NCBI GenBank assembly: GCA_964421585.1 | Contig: CAYQXN010000001.1 | Coordinates: 1-48,936 of the forward strand | Source of the DNA: an uncultured Ruminococcus sp. | GTDB lineage: Bacteria; Bacillota; Clostridia; Oscillospirales; Acutalibacteraceae | Reading direction: 5' to 3' | DNA: 48,936 bases | Shown here: positions 1-8,940 of the stretch, piece by piece | Numbering within the stretch: position 1 is the stretch's first letter | Layout: every line of letters begins with the position of its first letter | Notes under the pieces: generated by a model | Told to the model about the DNA's origin: nothing | The model's input: the letters and a program-made list of their open reading frames with translations, nothing else | The model's database searches: none | Position numbers and translations under genes: made by a program

Positions 1-255
1 AAGACCAAGACCTGTAACCTCACGAACTGCCTTGATAACAGCAATCTTGTTGCCGCCAGCAGACTTAAGGATTACATCAAACTCTGTCTGCTCAGCAGCA
101 GCAGCGCCTGCATCAGCAGCAGGACCTGCAACAGCAACTGCAGCAGCAGCTGATACACCAAACTCATCCTCTACAGCATGTACAAGCTCTGAAAGCTCAA
201 GAACTGTGAGGCCTTTTAATTCTTCAATAATAGCAGTAATTTTTTCTGATGCCAT
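1..255 (-). CDS. rplL: 50S ribosomal protein L7/L12 (3' end runs off the window)
   Basis: Not in the ORF track. Manual minus-strand translation gives [44 protein letters not shown]...[40 protein letters not shown] upstream; follows rplJ. Confidence 0.98.
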   Translation of the reverse strand, partial: MASEKITAIIEELKGLTVLELSELVHAVEDEFGVSAAAAVAVAGPAADAGAAAAEQTEFDVILKSAGGNKIAVIKAVREVTGLGL

Positions 256-306
256 TTTAATTTACCTCCGATATAAATAAGTTAATTTTAAAATTCAATT
301 TGCAGA

Positions 307-885
307 TTACTCTGCTGCAGGAGCTTCCTCAGCGGGAGCGTCTGCTGTTTCCGCAGGAGCCTCCTCAGCCTTTTCGGCTGTACAAGCTTCTACTCCGCCC
401 TTATCAACAACAGCCTGTACGGCACGTGCGAAAGAAGCGATTGGCGCCTGGAATGCACCAAGCACGTTTGCAAGAAGAACTTCTCTTGTCGGGAGCTTTG
501 AAAGAGCTGTGATTGTATCTATATCAACTACAGCGCCGTCAAGATAACCTGACTTAACTTTGAAGTTATCGTGCTCCTTTGCATAGCCGCAAAGAATTCT
601 TGCTGCTGCTGCATATTCACTGTCGCTTGTGGCAATAGCTGTTGTTCCTTCAAGAACAGGCTTTATGCCCTCAAGACCAACCTCATCACAAGCACGTGAG
701 AGAAGAGTATTCTTAACAACAGTATATTTAACGTTGTTCTCACGAAGCTCCTTTCTGAGCTTTGTGTCATCCTCGGTATTGATACCCTCGTAGCATACAA
801 CTACGCCTGTTATAGAACCCTTAAGTCTCTTTGCAAGCTCAGCAACAATTGTTTTTTTCTGCTCTAAAACACTTTGACTTGGCAA
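307..885 (-). CDS. rplJ: 50S ribosomal protein L10
   Basis: L10 motifs LRKELRE..VVKNTL and LSKLPTREVLLA. TTG start at 885 chosen because GGAGGTG lies just upstream. Confidence 0.97.
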   Translation of the reverse strand: MPSQSVLEQKKTIVAELAKRLKGSITGVVVCYEGINTEDDTKLRKELRENNVKYTVVKNTLLSRACDEVGLEGIKPVLEGTTAIATSDSEYAAAARILCGYAKEHDNFKVKSGYLDGAVVDIDTITALSKLPTREVLLANVLGAFQAPIASFARAVQAVVDKGGVEACTAEKAEEAPAETADAPAEEAPAAE

Positions 886-981
886 GATTAAATTCACCTC
901 CAAAATAATTTATACTAACAGCCGATAAAATACTATAATGATTTATAGACGCATTTATCGGATATTAGTTTTACGCAGTTC

Positions 982-1012
982 AAAAAACAGCCGTCCGAAC
1001 CTCGGACGGCTG
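982..1012 (-). terminator. Intrinsic terminator/attenuator of the L10 leader
   Basis: 11-bp perfect stem CAGCCGTCCGA-GGT-TCGGACGGCTG followed by T6 on the minus strand. Confidence 0.88.
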
Positions 1013-1100
1013 CAAAAATACAAAACAAGTATAATTTGCATCTTCCTCGGCAGGCGGGATTTCCCTTTATGCTAATGCACCTGCTGTCTTTAGAACAGCG
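982..1100 (-). ncRNA. L10 leader (rplJL autoregulatory RNA with attenuator)
   Basis: Minus strand reads CTAAAGACAGCAGGTGC...CCCGCCTGCCGAGG, the Firmicutes L10-leader core, followed by a terminator. Lies between rplA and rplJ. Confidence 0.88.
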
Positions 1101-1144
1101 AATTTATATATTCACACAAAAGTGTAAATAATCAGGTTATGAAA

Positions 1145-1840
1145 TTATACGCTAAACTTCACCGGGTTAATTCTTACGCTCGGACCCATTGTTGAAGTAA
1201 CGGCAACTGAGCGGATATACTGACCCTTTGAAGCCGCCGGCTTAGCCTTAACAACAGCGTCCATAAGAGTGTCAAGGTTTTCGCCGAGCTTTGCTGCGCC
1301 GAAGCTAACCTTGCCTATTGGGCAGTGAATAATGTTTGTTTTGTCAAGACGGTACTCAATCTTACCGGCCTTAGCTTCTTTGATAGCCTTAGCAATGTCA
1401 GGAGTAACAGTACCTGCCTTGGGGTTCGGCATAAGACCGCGAGGACCGAGGATTCTACCAAGACGACCTACAAGACCCATACAATCAGGAGTTGTAATAA
1501 GCACATCAAAGTCCATCCAGTTTTCCTGCTGAATCTTCTGCGTCATATCCTCAGCACCAACATAGTCAGCGCCTGCTTCCTTAGCCAAATCTTCGTTAGC
1601 ACCCTTGCAGATTGCAAGAACTCTAACCTTTTTACCTGTGCCGTTAGGAAGAACAACAGCACCTCTTACCTGCTGATCAGCATGACGGCTGTCAACACCG
1701 AGCTTTACGTGAAGCTCAACTGTTTCATCAAACTTTGCGGTAGCTGTTTTGATTACTGTTTCAAGAGCTTCAGCTGAATCATATAATTTAGTTCTGTCAA
1801 CGAGCTTGGCAGCGTCAACATATTTCTTACCGTGTTTCAT
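1145..1840 (-). CDS. rplA: 50S ribosomal protein L1
   Basis: Motifs [32 protein letters not shown]. Confidence 0.99.
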   Translation of the reverse strand: MKHGKKYVDAAKLVDRTKLYDSAEALETVIKTATAKFDETVELHVKLGVDSRHADQQVRGAVVLPNGTGKKVRVLAICKGANEDLAKEAGADYVGAEDMTQKIQQENWMDFDVLITTPDCMGLVGRLGRILGPRGLMPNPKAGTVTPDIAKAIKEAKAGKIEYRLDKTNIIHCPIGKVSFGAAKLGENLDTLMDAVVKAKPAASKGQYIRSVAVTSTMGPSVRINPVKFSV

Positions 1841-1859
1841 CAGTTTTCCTCCATTGTTA

Positions 1860-1887
1860 GGTGGTCAATCGGAAATATCCTCCCACC
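1860..1887 (-). promoter_or_regulatory. L1-binding RNA site upstream of rplA
   Basis: GGTGGGAGGATATTTCCGATTGACCACC: a GTGG/CCAC stem with the GGAG internal-loop motif of L1 sites, directly before the rplA RBS. Confidence 0.75.
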
Positions 1888-1894
1888 CGGATTA

Positions 1895-2320
1895 TTAGTC
1901 AACTACTGTTATACCCATACTTCTGGCCGTACCCGCAATCATACTTGCAGCAGCTTCAATTGAACCTGCATTGAGATCAGGCATTTTCTGCTCTGCAATC
2001 TTATTAATCTGCTCACGGGTAATCTGAGCAACCTTAGTCTTATTCGGTACGCCGGAGCCGCTTTCGATACCGCAAGCCTTCTTGAGAAGAACAGCAGCAG
2101 GCGGAGTCTTTGTAACGAATGTGAATGAACGGTCTGCATACACTGTAATTACAACAGGAATAATAAGACCTATGTCATTCTTTGTACGCTCATTAAAATC
2201 CTTTGTGAACGCAACAATGTTTACACCGTGCTGACCGAGAGCCGGTCCGACAGGTGGTGCCGGAGTAGCCTTTCCGGCAGGAATCTGCAGTTTAATTAAA
2301 CCTACAACCTTCTGAGCCAT
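1895..2320 (-). CDS. rplK: 50S ribosomal protein L11
   Basis: [32 protein letters not shown]. The real ATG is at 2320 after GGAGGTG; the ORF track over-extends the start. Confidence 0.99.
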   Translation of the reverse strand: MAQKVVGLIKLQIPAGKATPAPPVGPALGQHGVNIVAFTKDFNERTKNDIGLIIPVVITVYADRSFTFVTKTPPAAVLLKKACGIESGSGVPNKTKVAQITREQINKIAEQKMPDLNAGSIEAAASMIAGTARSMGITVVD

Positions 2321-2342
2321 TGTGTTTGCACCTCCAAAATTC

Positions 2343-2383
2343 GTGGTAAATTGCGGGACGCCACTATGTAGGGTCCCTCCCAC
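2343..2383 (-). promoter_or_regulatory. L1-binding RNA site upstream of rplK
   Basis: GTGGGAGGGAC...GTCCCGCAATTTACCAC: same GTGG-GAG/ACCAC architecture with a GGGAC/GTCCC distal stem. Confidence 0.72.
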
Positions 2384-2445
2384 AGGGAACCGAGTTCCCA
2401 ATAAAAAGCCAATCGGCTGATTATTTGTTAATTAATTGATTATCC

Positions 2446-2967
2446 TTAATCCTCGATTGACTCCACCTGACTGAGCTCAAACTCAACCGGAGTTTCACGT
2501 CCGAGGAAGGATACGATAACCGTGACGCTGTTCTTGTCAACGTCAATATCCTTTACAATGCCAACGCTGTCTGAAAAAGCGCTGTCAATGATACGCACCG
2601 AGTCGCCCACAGAATATGAAACCTTAACAGAACGCACTTCTACGCCCATTCTGTACACTTCATCATCCGTAAGAGGGACGGGTTTCGATCCGGGTCCGAC
2701 AAAGCCTGTACATCCGCGGATATTTCGAACTACATACCAGGTTTCATCAGTATAAACCATTTTTACAAAAACATATGCAGGATACAGCTTTACTTCAACC
2801 TCTTTTGTTTTTTCACCGTCAGTTTCAGTAACAATCTCTGTAGGAATCTTGACATCAACAATCATATCCTTGAGATTTCTGTTTTCGGCGGTAGTCATAA
2901 GGTCAGCTGCAACCTTGTTTTCATAACCCGAATAGGTATGTATAACATACCATTTTGCTTCTGCCAT
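2446..2967 (-). CDS. nusG: Transcription termination/antitermination factor NusG
   Basis: WYVIHTYSGYENKV (NGN domain) and C-terminal KOW ending FLGRETPVEFELSQVE. Confidence 0.98.
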   Translation of the reverse strand: MAEAKWYVIHTYSGYENKVAADLMTTAENRNLKDMIVDVKIPTEIVTETDGEKTKEVEVKLYPAYVFVKMVYTDETWYVVRNIRGCTGFVGPGSKPVPLTDDEVYRMGVEVRSVKVSYSVGDSVRIIDSAFSDSVGIVKDIDVDKNSVTVIVSFLGRETPVEFELSQVESIED

Positions 2968-3010
2968 TAAAACTTTCCCCTTTCAATGAGTTTAAGTAAT
3001 AACACAGAAA

Positions 3011-3277
3011 TCAGGCAGAAGTGTCCATAACCAGACCAAGCAGAGCATATAAGCCCTGGTCAAGAGCAAAAAGGAATATACCCATAACAACAATTACGGC
3101 AATTACAATGCCGAAATTCTTTGTTGTCTGCTTTGCTGACGGCCATGTTATCTTCTTTAGTTCACCCTTACAAGCTACAAGGTACTTTAAAAGCCTTTTG
3201 AACGCATTAGGCTTTTTATTTTTCTTGGCAGGCTTTTTTACGTCTGCCTTTTTTACGTCTGCCTTATTGTCAGCCAT
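3011..3277 (-). CDS. secE: Preprotein translocase subunit SecE
   Basis: ELKKITWP motif plus one TM helix; lies between rpmG and nusG. Confidence 0.96.
   Translation of the reverse strand: MADNKADVKKADVKKPAKKNKKPNAFKRLLKYLVACKGELKKITWPSAKQTTKNFGIVIAVIVVMGIFLFALDQGLYALLGLVMDTSA
3233..3265. repeat. 15-bp tandem duplication inside the secE 5' end (encodes KADVK twice)
   Basis: CTTTTTTACGTCTGC occurs at 3233-3247 and 3248-3262, plus a partial third copy. Confidence 0.85.
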
Positions 3278-3289
3278 GATGTACCTCCA

Positions 3290-3439
3290 TTATTTTGTTT
3301 CCTTGTGAAGAGTGTGTTTCTTACAGAAACGGCAGTACTTGTTCATTTCAAGTCTGTCAGGACTGTTTTTCTTGTTCTTCATTGTGTTGTAATTACGCTG
3401 TTTGCACTCTGTGCAGGCCAATGTGATTTTAACTCTCAT
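3290..3439 (-). CDS. rpmG: 50S ribosomal protein L33, zinc-binding (C+) form
   Basis: Not in the ORF track (49 aa). Manual translation [49 protein letters not shown]; two CxxC motifs; GGAGGTG RBS. Confidence 0.98.
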   Translation of the reverse strand: MRVKITLACTECKQRNYNTMKNKKNSPDRLEMNKYCRFCKKHTLHKETK

Positions 3440-3522
3440 AACGGCACCTCCCGGTTATTTCGGAATATTTTAGCCTCCCTCAACAGGGCACAAAAAAATA
3501 AGCCCCTTTCAGAGGTACAACT

Positions 3523-3551
3523 ATTTTATCATACCAAAGTCAATAAGTCAA
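3523..3551 (-). promoter_or_regulatory. SigA-type promoter of the rpmG-secE-nusG operon
   Basis: TTGACT-17 bp-TAAAAT with an extended -10 TG. Confidence 0.7.
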
Positions 3552-3609
3552 TAGTTTTTTTACGTTTTTACTATTTTAATTTATTGTCTTTTATCTTTTC
3601 AGTTATTTA

Positions 3610-4404
3610 TCATTTAGCAAGCGTATTGGCTTTGCTCATATTTCTTTTCTTTGGCTTTTCAGGCTTTACGGTTTTTTCCTTGTACTTTCTTGCCGCTGAC
3701 GCCGCTTTTTTGAGCTCGTCATCAAAACAGACCGAAAGCGCCTTGTACTCCTCATCATCAAGTGAATTGATAAGCACTATAGTGATGATTGAACGCGTGT
3801 CAACATCGCCGTTGTTATACTGAAGATTGAACACGCCTGCAAGCTTTTCAAACTCAGGCTTTGTGGCACGTCTGACATAGGTTTTGACTTTATCGGAAAT
3901 ATGCTCCTTTGCAAAGGTTGCGCCCCTAAACGGAAAATAGCAATCCTCTTCGTTCTTTATCTCGTCCTTAAGCTCAGGGAAAAATGCAACAAAACGCTTT
4001 GCAAGAAATTTTGGCGTTGCTGTACCGTCGTCGTCTTTTCTCTTCTTCTGCTTTACCTGCTTTGCGCGCTTTATGGCAACCGTACCCGAAACGCCCTCTA
4101 TAAAGTCATTTGCAATGCTTTCTGCATCTTTTTGACCGGCAATTTCCTCATCATAGAGCCAGGTTGCAAGCGTTTTCCACTCATTATCGGGACCGTCCTC
4201 CGTCATTGTGCAGGAGCGGAGCACCATTTGCATTTTATCCTTATAATAAACAACTGAATAAGCAAGATTTTCACTTGTAAAAAGTGAAACAAGCTCGTTG
4301 TCATTTTCTGCGGCAACCTTCTGCTTTTGATAGCCTGATTTTGCAAGCTCTTCTTCTACCTTGCCGACAATTAAATCGAAAGCCTTCTTGAATCCAAATT
4401 CCAA
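3610..4404 (-). CDS. Hypothetical soluble protein (264 aa)
   Basis: Long ORF with normal composition; likely TTG start at 4404 after GAGAGGA. No motif recognised. Confidence 0.8.
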   Translation of the reverse strand: MEFGFKKAFDLIVGKVEEELAKSGYQKQKVAAENDNELVSLFTSENLAYSVVYYKDKMQMVLRSCTMTEDGPDNEWKTLATWLYDEEIAGQKDAESIANDFIEGVSGTVAIKRAKQVKQKKRKDDDGTATPKFLAKRFVAFFPELKDEIKNEEDCYFPFRGATFAKEHISDKVKTYVRRATKPEFEKLAGVFNLQYNNGDVDTRSIITIVLINSLDDEEYKALSVCFDDELKKAASAARKYKEKTVKPEKPKKRNMSKANTLAK

Positions 4405-4569
4405 CTTTATCTTCCTCTCGATAAACCTAATCAATTATATACACAGTCTGTTAATTGCCATTATACAATTAAATATATGATTTGTCAAAGGTTTTGACTT
4501 GCAACATCTTAATTATTATGTTATTATTTTTACTAAATACTGTATTTATACGTAAAAGAAGGTTTTAGT

Positions 4570-5388
4570 ATGTCATCACAAGACGCCATAGGAGTTTTTG
4601 ACTCAGGTCTTGGCGGACTGAGTGCAGTAAAGGAATTTCTGCACATACTTCCTAATGAAAAGATTGTATATTTCGGCGACACAGGCAGAGTTCCGTATGG
4701 CAACCGAAGCCGAAGCACCATAAGCAAATATGCATTTCAGGACACACGGTTCCTGCTTGAAAATAATGTAAAAATGATTGTTGCCGCCTGCGGAACAGTA
4801 AGCTCCGTTGCAGGCGACGAACTGAAAACGCAGCTTCCTGTCCCCTATACGGGAGTTGTAAATCCTACGGCATTTGCGGCTGCACACAAAACAAAGAACA
4901 GCAAAATCGGTATCATAGGCACAGCTGCCACAATCGGAAGCCACAGCTACAAGCTCAGACTTGAAAAGCTGAATGACCATTTCAGGGTGTATGAACAGGC
5001 TTGTCCGCTGTTTGTTCCCCTTGTTGAAAACGGCATTATAAGGCGTGACGACCAGATTGCCCGTCTTGTAGTAAAGCGATACCTTTCTGAGCTGAAGGAG
5101 CAGGGCATTGACACTCTCATACTCGGCTGCACACATTATCCTCTGCTCAGAGACGCAATCCAAGATTTTATGGGTGATAGTGTGGCTCTGGTGGACTCAG
5201 GCTATGAAACCGCACTCTATTCAGCAAAAATTCTCAGAGAACAAAAGCTTCTGAACGACGGCAGCGCAGTAAAGCAGCCTGAATTCTATGTAAGCGATAC
5301 ACCCGACGATTTCAAAAATGTTGCAGGACTGTTCCTCGGACGTGATATGGAGCACAAGGTCACGCAAATAGATATTGACAAATACTGA
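4570..5388 (+). CDS. murI: Glutamate racemase
   Basis: IGVFDSGLGGL, VPYG, AACGT and ILGCTHYPLL catalytic motifs. Confidence 0.97.
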   Translation: MSSQDAIGVFDSGLGGLSAVKEFLHILPNEKIVYFGDTGRVPYGNRSRSTISKYAFQDTRFLLENNVKMIVAACGTVSSVAGDELKTQLPVPYTGVVNPTAFAAAHKTKNSKIGIIGTAATIGSHSYKLRLEKLNDHFRVYEQACPLFVPLVENGIIRRDDQIARLVVKRYLSELKEQGIDTLILGCTHYPLLRDAIQDFMGDSVALVDSGYETALYSAKILREQKLLNDGSAVKQPEFYVSDTPDDFKNVAGLFLGRDMEHKVTQIDIDKY

Positions 5389-5404
5389 TATATAAGGAAA
5401 CGCT

Positions 5405-5848
5405 ATGAAGGAAAGTAACAACGAAAAGTATCTGATTTCCATAATCGGCGAGCAAAGGCTTGACGGTGAGAGCGACAAAATTGAGGTGCTCACAGGCGGA
5501 AATTATATAATGAAAAACGGTCATTCCTACATCGGATATAAGGAATATGATCAAACCGGCTCGACTGATTATTATGATAATCTCATAAAGGTTGAGGATA
5601 ATATGGTAACTATCACTCGCAAGGGTCCGATGAAATCCCAGCTTATGCTTGAAAAAGGCAGACGACATCAGTGCATTTATCAAACAGACGCAGGCAATCT
5701 GATAATAGGCGTATATACCAAAACACTGAGAAGTACGCTCAATGAAAAGGGCGGCACGCTTGAGGTCAGCTATACGCTTGACTTCAACACAGACCTTATG
5801 AGTGAAAACAGCTTCAAAATAACTGTAGAACAAAAACAAAATTCGTAA
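5405..5848 (+). CDS. DUF1934 (YwiB-like) beta-barrel protein
   Basis: Size, the YQTDAGNLIIGVYT motif and the position immediately upstream of argS. Confidence 0.85.
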   Translation: MKESNNEKYLISIIGEQRLDGESDKIEVLTGGNYIMKNGHSYIGYKEYDQTGSTDYYDNLIKVEDNMVTITRKGPMKSQLMLEKGRRHQCIYQTDAGNLIIGVYTKTLRSTLNEKGGTLEVSYTLDFNTDLMSENSFKITVEQKQNS

Positions 5849-5861
5849 AGAGGTAATATAA

Positions 5862-7598
5862 ATGGATACATATGCAACAGCGGTCAAAATGCTCAGAAAA
5901 GCAATTACAGACGCAATGAACAAAGCAATTGAAAACAACGAGCTTCCAAAAGCCGAGCTTCCTCAGTTTATTATTGAAACCCCTGCCGACAGAAGTCACG
6001 GCGACTTTGCCACAAATGCAGCAATGGCAGGCGCAAAGGCCTTCAGAATGCCTCCTTTCAAGATTGCGCAGGCTATTACATCAAACCTTAACCTTGAAAA
6101 CACAATGTGTGAACGCTTTGAAACTGCCGGACCCGGCTTTATCAACTTTTTTCTCGGTACAGAATATTATTCAAACGTAGTTCGCGATGTGCTTGCAAAT
6201 CCCGAAAACTACGGCTCCTCGGACTTTGGCAAAGGTGAAAAGGTTATGGTAGAGTTTGTATCTGCAAATCCTACAGGACCTATGCATATGGGCAACGCAA
6301 GAGGCGGCGCTCTGGGAGACTGTTTGGCTGCTGTTCTTGACAAAGCCGGTTATGACGTATGGCGTGAATTTTATGTAAATGACGCGGGAAATCAGATTGA
6401 AAAATTCGGCTGTTCTCTTGAGGCACGCTATCTTCAGATTTTCAAGGGAAGCGAGATCGAATTTCCCGAGGACGGCTATCAGGGCACCGATATAACCGAG
6501 CTTGCACAGGCATATGCCGATGAAAACGGTGACAAGCTTGTAAATGTATCAAGCGAAGAAAGGAAAGCGGTTCTCGTAGGTTATGCGCTTCCGAAAAACA
6601 TAAGCAAAATGCAGTCTGATATGGCTAAATATAAAATCAGCTATGACAAATGGTTTTTTGAAAGCGAGCTTCACGACAGCGGCGCCGTAAAGGCAGTTGT
6701 TGATTTGCTCAAAGAAAAGGGACTTACCTATGAAAACGACGGGGCAATCTGGTATAAAAACAAAGAGATTCTTACGGAAAAACTTCTCAAAGAGGGCAAA
6801 ACTCAAAAATATATTGACAATCTCGAGCTGAAGGACGATGTTCTAATCCGCAAAAACGGCAATCCTACCTACTTCACGGCAGATATTGCATATCATAAAA
6901 ATAAGTTCGACAGAGGTTATAACACGCTCATCGATGTTTGGGGCGCCGACCATCACGGTCACGTTATGCGTATGAAGGGAGCAATGGACGCTATCGGCTA
7001 TGACGGTGATAAGCTAAATGTTGTACTTATGCAGCTTGTAAAGCTTGTTAAGGGCGGCGAGCTAGTAAAAATGAGCAAGCGTACGGGCAAGGCTATTCAG
7101 CTCGGCGACCTGCTTGACGAAGTTCCCGTTGACAGCGCACGTTTCCTGTTCAACACACGTGAGGCAAACACTCAAATGGACTTTGACCTCGACCTTGCCG
7201 TAACTCAGGATAACCAGAATCCTGTTTACTACGTTCAGTATGCTCATGCAAGAATTTGCAGCATTTTGAAATCGCTTGCAAACGACGGCATTACTCCGAG
7301 AGAGTGCACAAATGAGGAGCTTGCACTTCTTACAGCTCAGGAAGAGCGTGAGCTTATCAATCATCTTGCAGCCTACACAAGCGAGATTATAAATGCCGCA
7401 AAGGATTATGACCCAACAAAGATTACACGCTATGTTACTCAGCTTGCAACACTGTTCCACAAGTTCTACAATGCCTGCCGTGTTAAAGGCGAGAAAGAAG
7501 GACTTGTTCAGGCAAGGCTTGCACTCTGCTGTGCAGTAAAGAGCGTTATAAAAAATGTGCTCACAATGTTCAGCATAACCTGCCCTGAGTCAATGTAA
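5862..7598 (+). CDS. argS: Arginine--tRNA ligase
   Basis: EFVSANPTGPMHMGN, WGADHHGHV, KMSKRTG, YVQYAHARICSI and the C-terminal PESM. Confidence 0.99.
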   Translation: MDTYATAVKMLRKAITDAMNKAIENNELPKAELPQFIIETPADRSHGDFATNAAMAGAKAFRMPPFKIAQAITSNLNLENTMCERFETAGPGFINFFLGTEYYSNVVRDVLANPENYGSSDFGKGEKVMVEFVSANPTGPMHMGNARGGALGDCLAAVLDKAGYDVWREFYVNDAGNQIEKFGCSLEARYLQIFKGSEIEFPEDGYQGTDITELAQAYADENGDKLVNVSSEERKAVLVGYALPKNISKMQSDMAKYKISYDKWFFESELHDSGAVKAVVDLLKEKGLTYENDGAIWYKNKEILTEKLLKEGKTQKYIDNLELKDDVLIRKNGNPTYFTADIAYHKNKFDRGYNTLIDVWGADHHGHVMRMKGAMDAIGYDGDKLNVVLMQLVKLVKGGELVKMSKRTGKAIQLGDLLDEVPVDSARFLFNTREANTQMDFDLDLAVTQDNQNPVYYVQYAHARICSILKSLANDGITPRECTNEELALLTAQEERELINHLAAYTSEIINAAKDYDPTKITRYVTQLATLFHKFYNACRVKGEKEGLVQARLALCCAVKSVIKNVLTMFSITCPESM

Positions 7599-7694
7599 TA
7601 TTGTAACATTCTGCTTTGCATAAAGTAAAATAATTTTTGCAGATATAACGATATTCCATATACTGTATATCAGAATTTTATCGGGTAATCAGCT

Positions 7695-8432
7695 ATGAAC
7701 TTATTTTTGATTTTAGCATTCCTATTCTTTTTAGGCTCTGTATTCGGCTGGATATTAGAGTTGCTGTTTCGTCGGTTTGTTTCGTCCTCTAATCCGGAAC
7801 GCAAATGGATTAATCCGGGCTTTTGCATAGGTCCCTATCTTCCCCTGTACGGGTGCGGACTGTGCATTATGTACCTAATATGTTCATTGGATAAGCTGAA
7901 TGTTTTTGATAATCGCTGCCTGAACATTGCGGTTTTATTTCCGGCAATGATAATTTGTATGACCGCCGTTGAATATATTGCAGGAATTCTTTGTCTGAAA
8001 ATAATGAAGGTTCGGCTGTGGGATTACAGCAGTGAGCGGGGAAATATTCAAGGAATTATCTGTCCTAAATTTTCGCTTGCCTGGGCATTGCTTGGCTCTG
8101 TATATTACCTTTTTATTCATCCCTACATTATTGACGCGCTAAACTGGCTTTCGCAAAATCTTGCATTTTCCTTTGTGATAGGCTTATTCTTCGGCGTATT
8201 TATAATTGACGCTATATACTCGGCGCAGCTTATCACAAAAATCAAAAAATTCGCAAATGATAATGACGTAATAGTCAAATATGAGCATCTCAAAGTTCAT
8301 ATTCGCAGTATTCAGGATAAGCAAAAACAAAAACACCACTTCCTGTTTCCGCTGCATTCCGAACATCCTCTTGACGAATATCTAAATGATATACGCACTT
8401 CGCTTGAACAGCACATTAAAAGAAAAAAATGA
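7695..8432 (+). CDS. Putative ABC-transporter permease, CmpB/DUF1113-like membrane protein
   Basis: Family motifs GWILE, NPGFCIGPYLPLYG, LWDYS..GNIQGIIC; several TM helices. Confidence 0.85.
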   Translation: MNLFLILAFLFFLGSVFGWILELLFRRFVSSSNPERKWINPGFCIGPYLPLYGCGLCIMYLICSLDKLNVFDNRCLNIAVLFPAMIICMTAVEYIAGILCLKIMKVRLWDYSSERGNIQGIICPKFSLAWALLGSVYYLFIHPYIIDALNWLSQNLAFSFVIGLFFGVFIIDAIYSAQLITKIKKFANDNDVIVKYEHLKVHIRSIQDKQKQKHHFLFPLHSEHPLDEYLNDIRTSLEQHIKRKK

Positions 8433-8457
8433 TTCAATGTAATATAACTTCATACTT

Positions 8458-8490
8458 TAAGGAACGGTTTATTGCCGTTCCTTATTTTTT
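8458..8490 (+). terminator. Intrinsic terminator
   Basis: TAAGGAACGG-7 nt-CCGTTCCTTA followed by a T-tract. Confidence 0.85.
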
Positions 8491-8531
8491 ACTTATTATT
8501 TCAAATTTTTAAAAAATCTTTTAAAATTCTA

Positions 8532-8580
8532 TTGACATAGTGTGTGTCACACTGTATAATTATACACACAACATAGTGTG
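8532..8580 (+). promoter_or_regulatory. Consensus SigA promoter with overlapping candidate PadR operator
   Basis: TTGACA (8532)-17 bp-TATAAT (8555). The spacer holds AGTGTG-N3-CACACT, and ACATAGTGTG repeats at 8535 and 8571. Confidence 0.85.
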
Positions 8581-8592
8581 GGAGATGAGAAT

Positions 8593-8940
8593 ATGAATCA
8601 TGATGAGATTGTCTCGGGATTAATCCTTGAACTTCGTCGCGGCACTCTGATTATTTTGGTGTTAAGTCAGCTTAAAGAATCTATGTACGGATATAATCTC
8701 GTTAAAAAGCTTCACGACAACGGCATTCCGATTGAAGCTAACACACTTTATCCATTAATGAGGCGTCTGGAGTCCCAAGGCTTACTCAAAAGCGAATGGG
8801 AAACAAGCGAATCAAAGCCGAGAAAATACTATAAAATCACAGAAGACGGACTGATAGTTTTTGAAAAAATCGTAAATCATTGGAAAAACTTTTCAAAAAA
8901 TGTTGATAAATTACTGGAGAATAATGCAAATGACAAATGA
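8593..8940 (+). CDS. PadR-family transcriptional regulator (short, subfamily 2 type)
   Basis: ELRRGTL, MYGYNL, NTLYPLMRRLE, PRKYYKITEDG. ATG at 8593 after GGGAG. Confidence 0.95.
   Translation: MNHDEIVSGLILELRRGTLIILVLSQLKESMYGYNLVKKLHDNGIPIEANTLYPLMRRLESQGLLKSEWETSESKPRKYYKITEDGLIVFEKIVNHWKNFSKNVDKLLENNANDK

Noticed and set aside
32-280. Plus-strand 82-aa ORF
   Set aside because: Antisense shadow of rplL, which is the real gene on the minus strand.
3278-3289. tRNA-Trp between rpmG and secE, as in some other bacteria
   Set aside because: The gap is only 12 bp and contains just the secE RBS.
3305-3823. Plus-strand 172-aa hydrophobic ORF
   Set aside because: Antisense to rpmG, its promoter and the 3' end of the 3610..4404 gene; no RBS or family motif.
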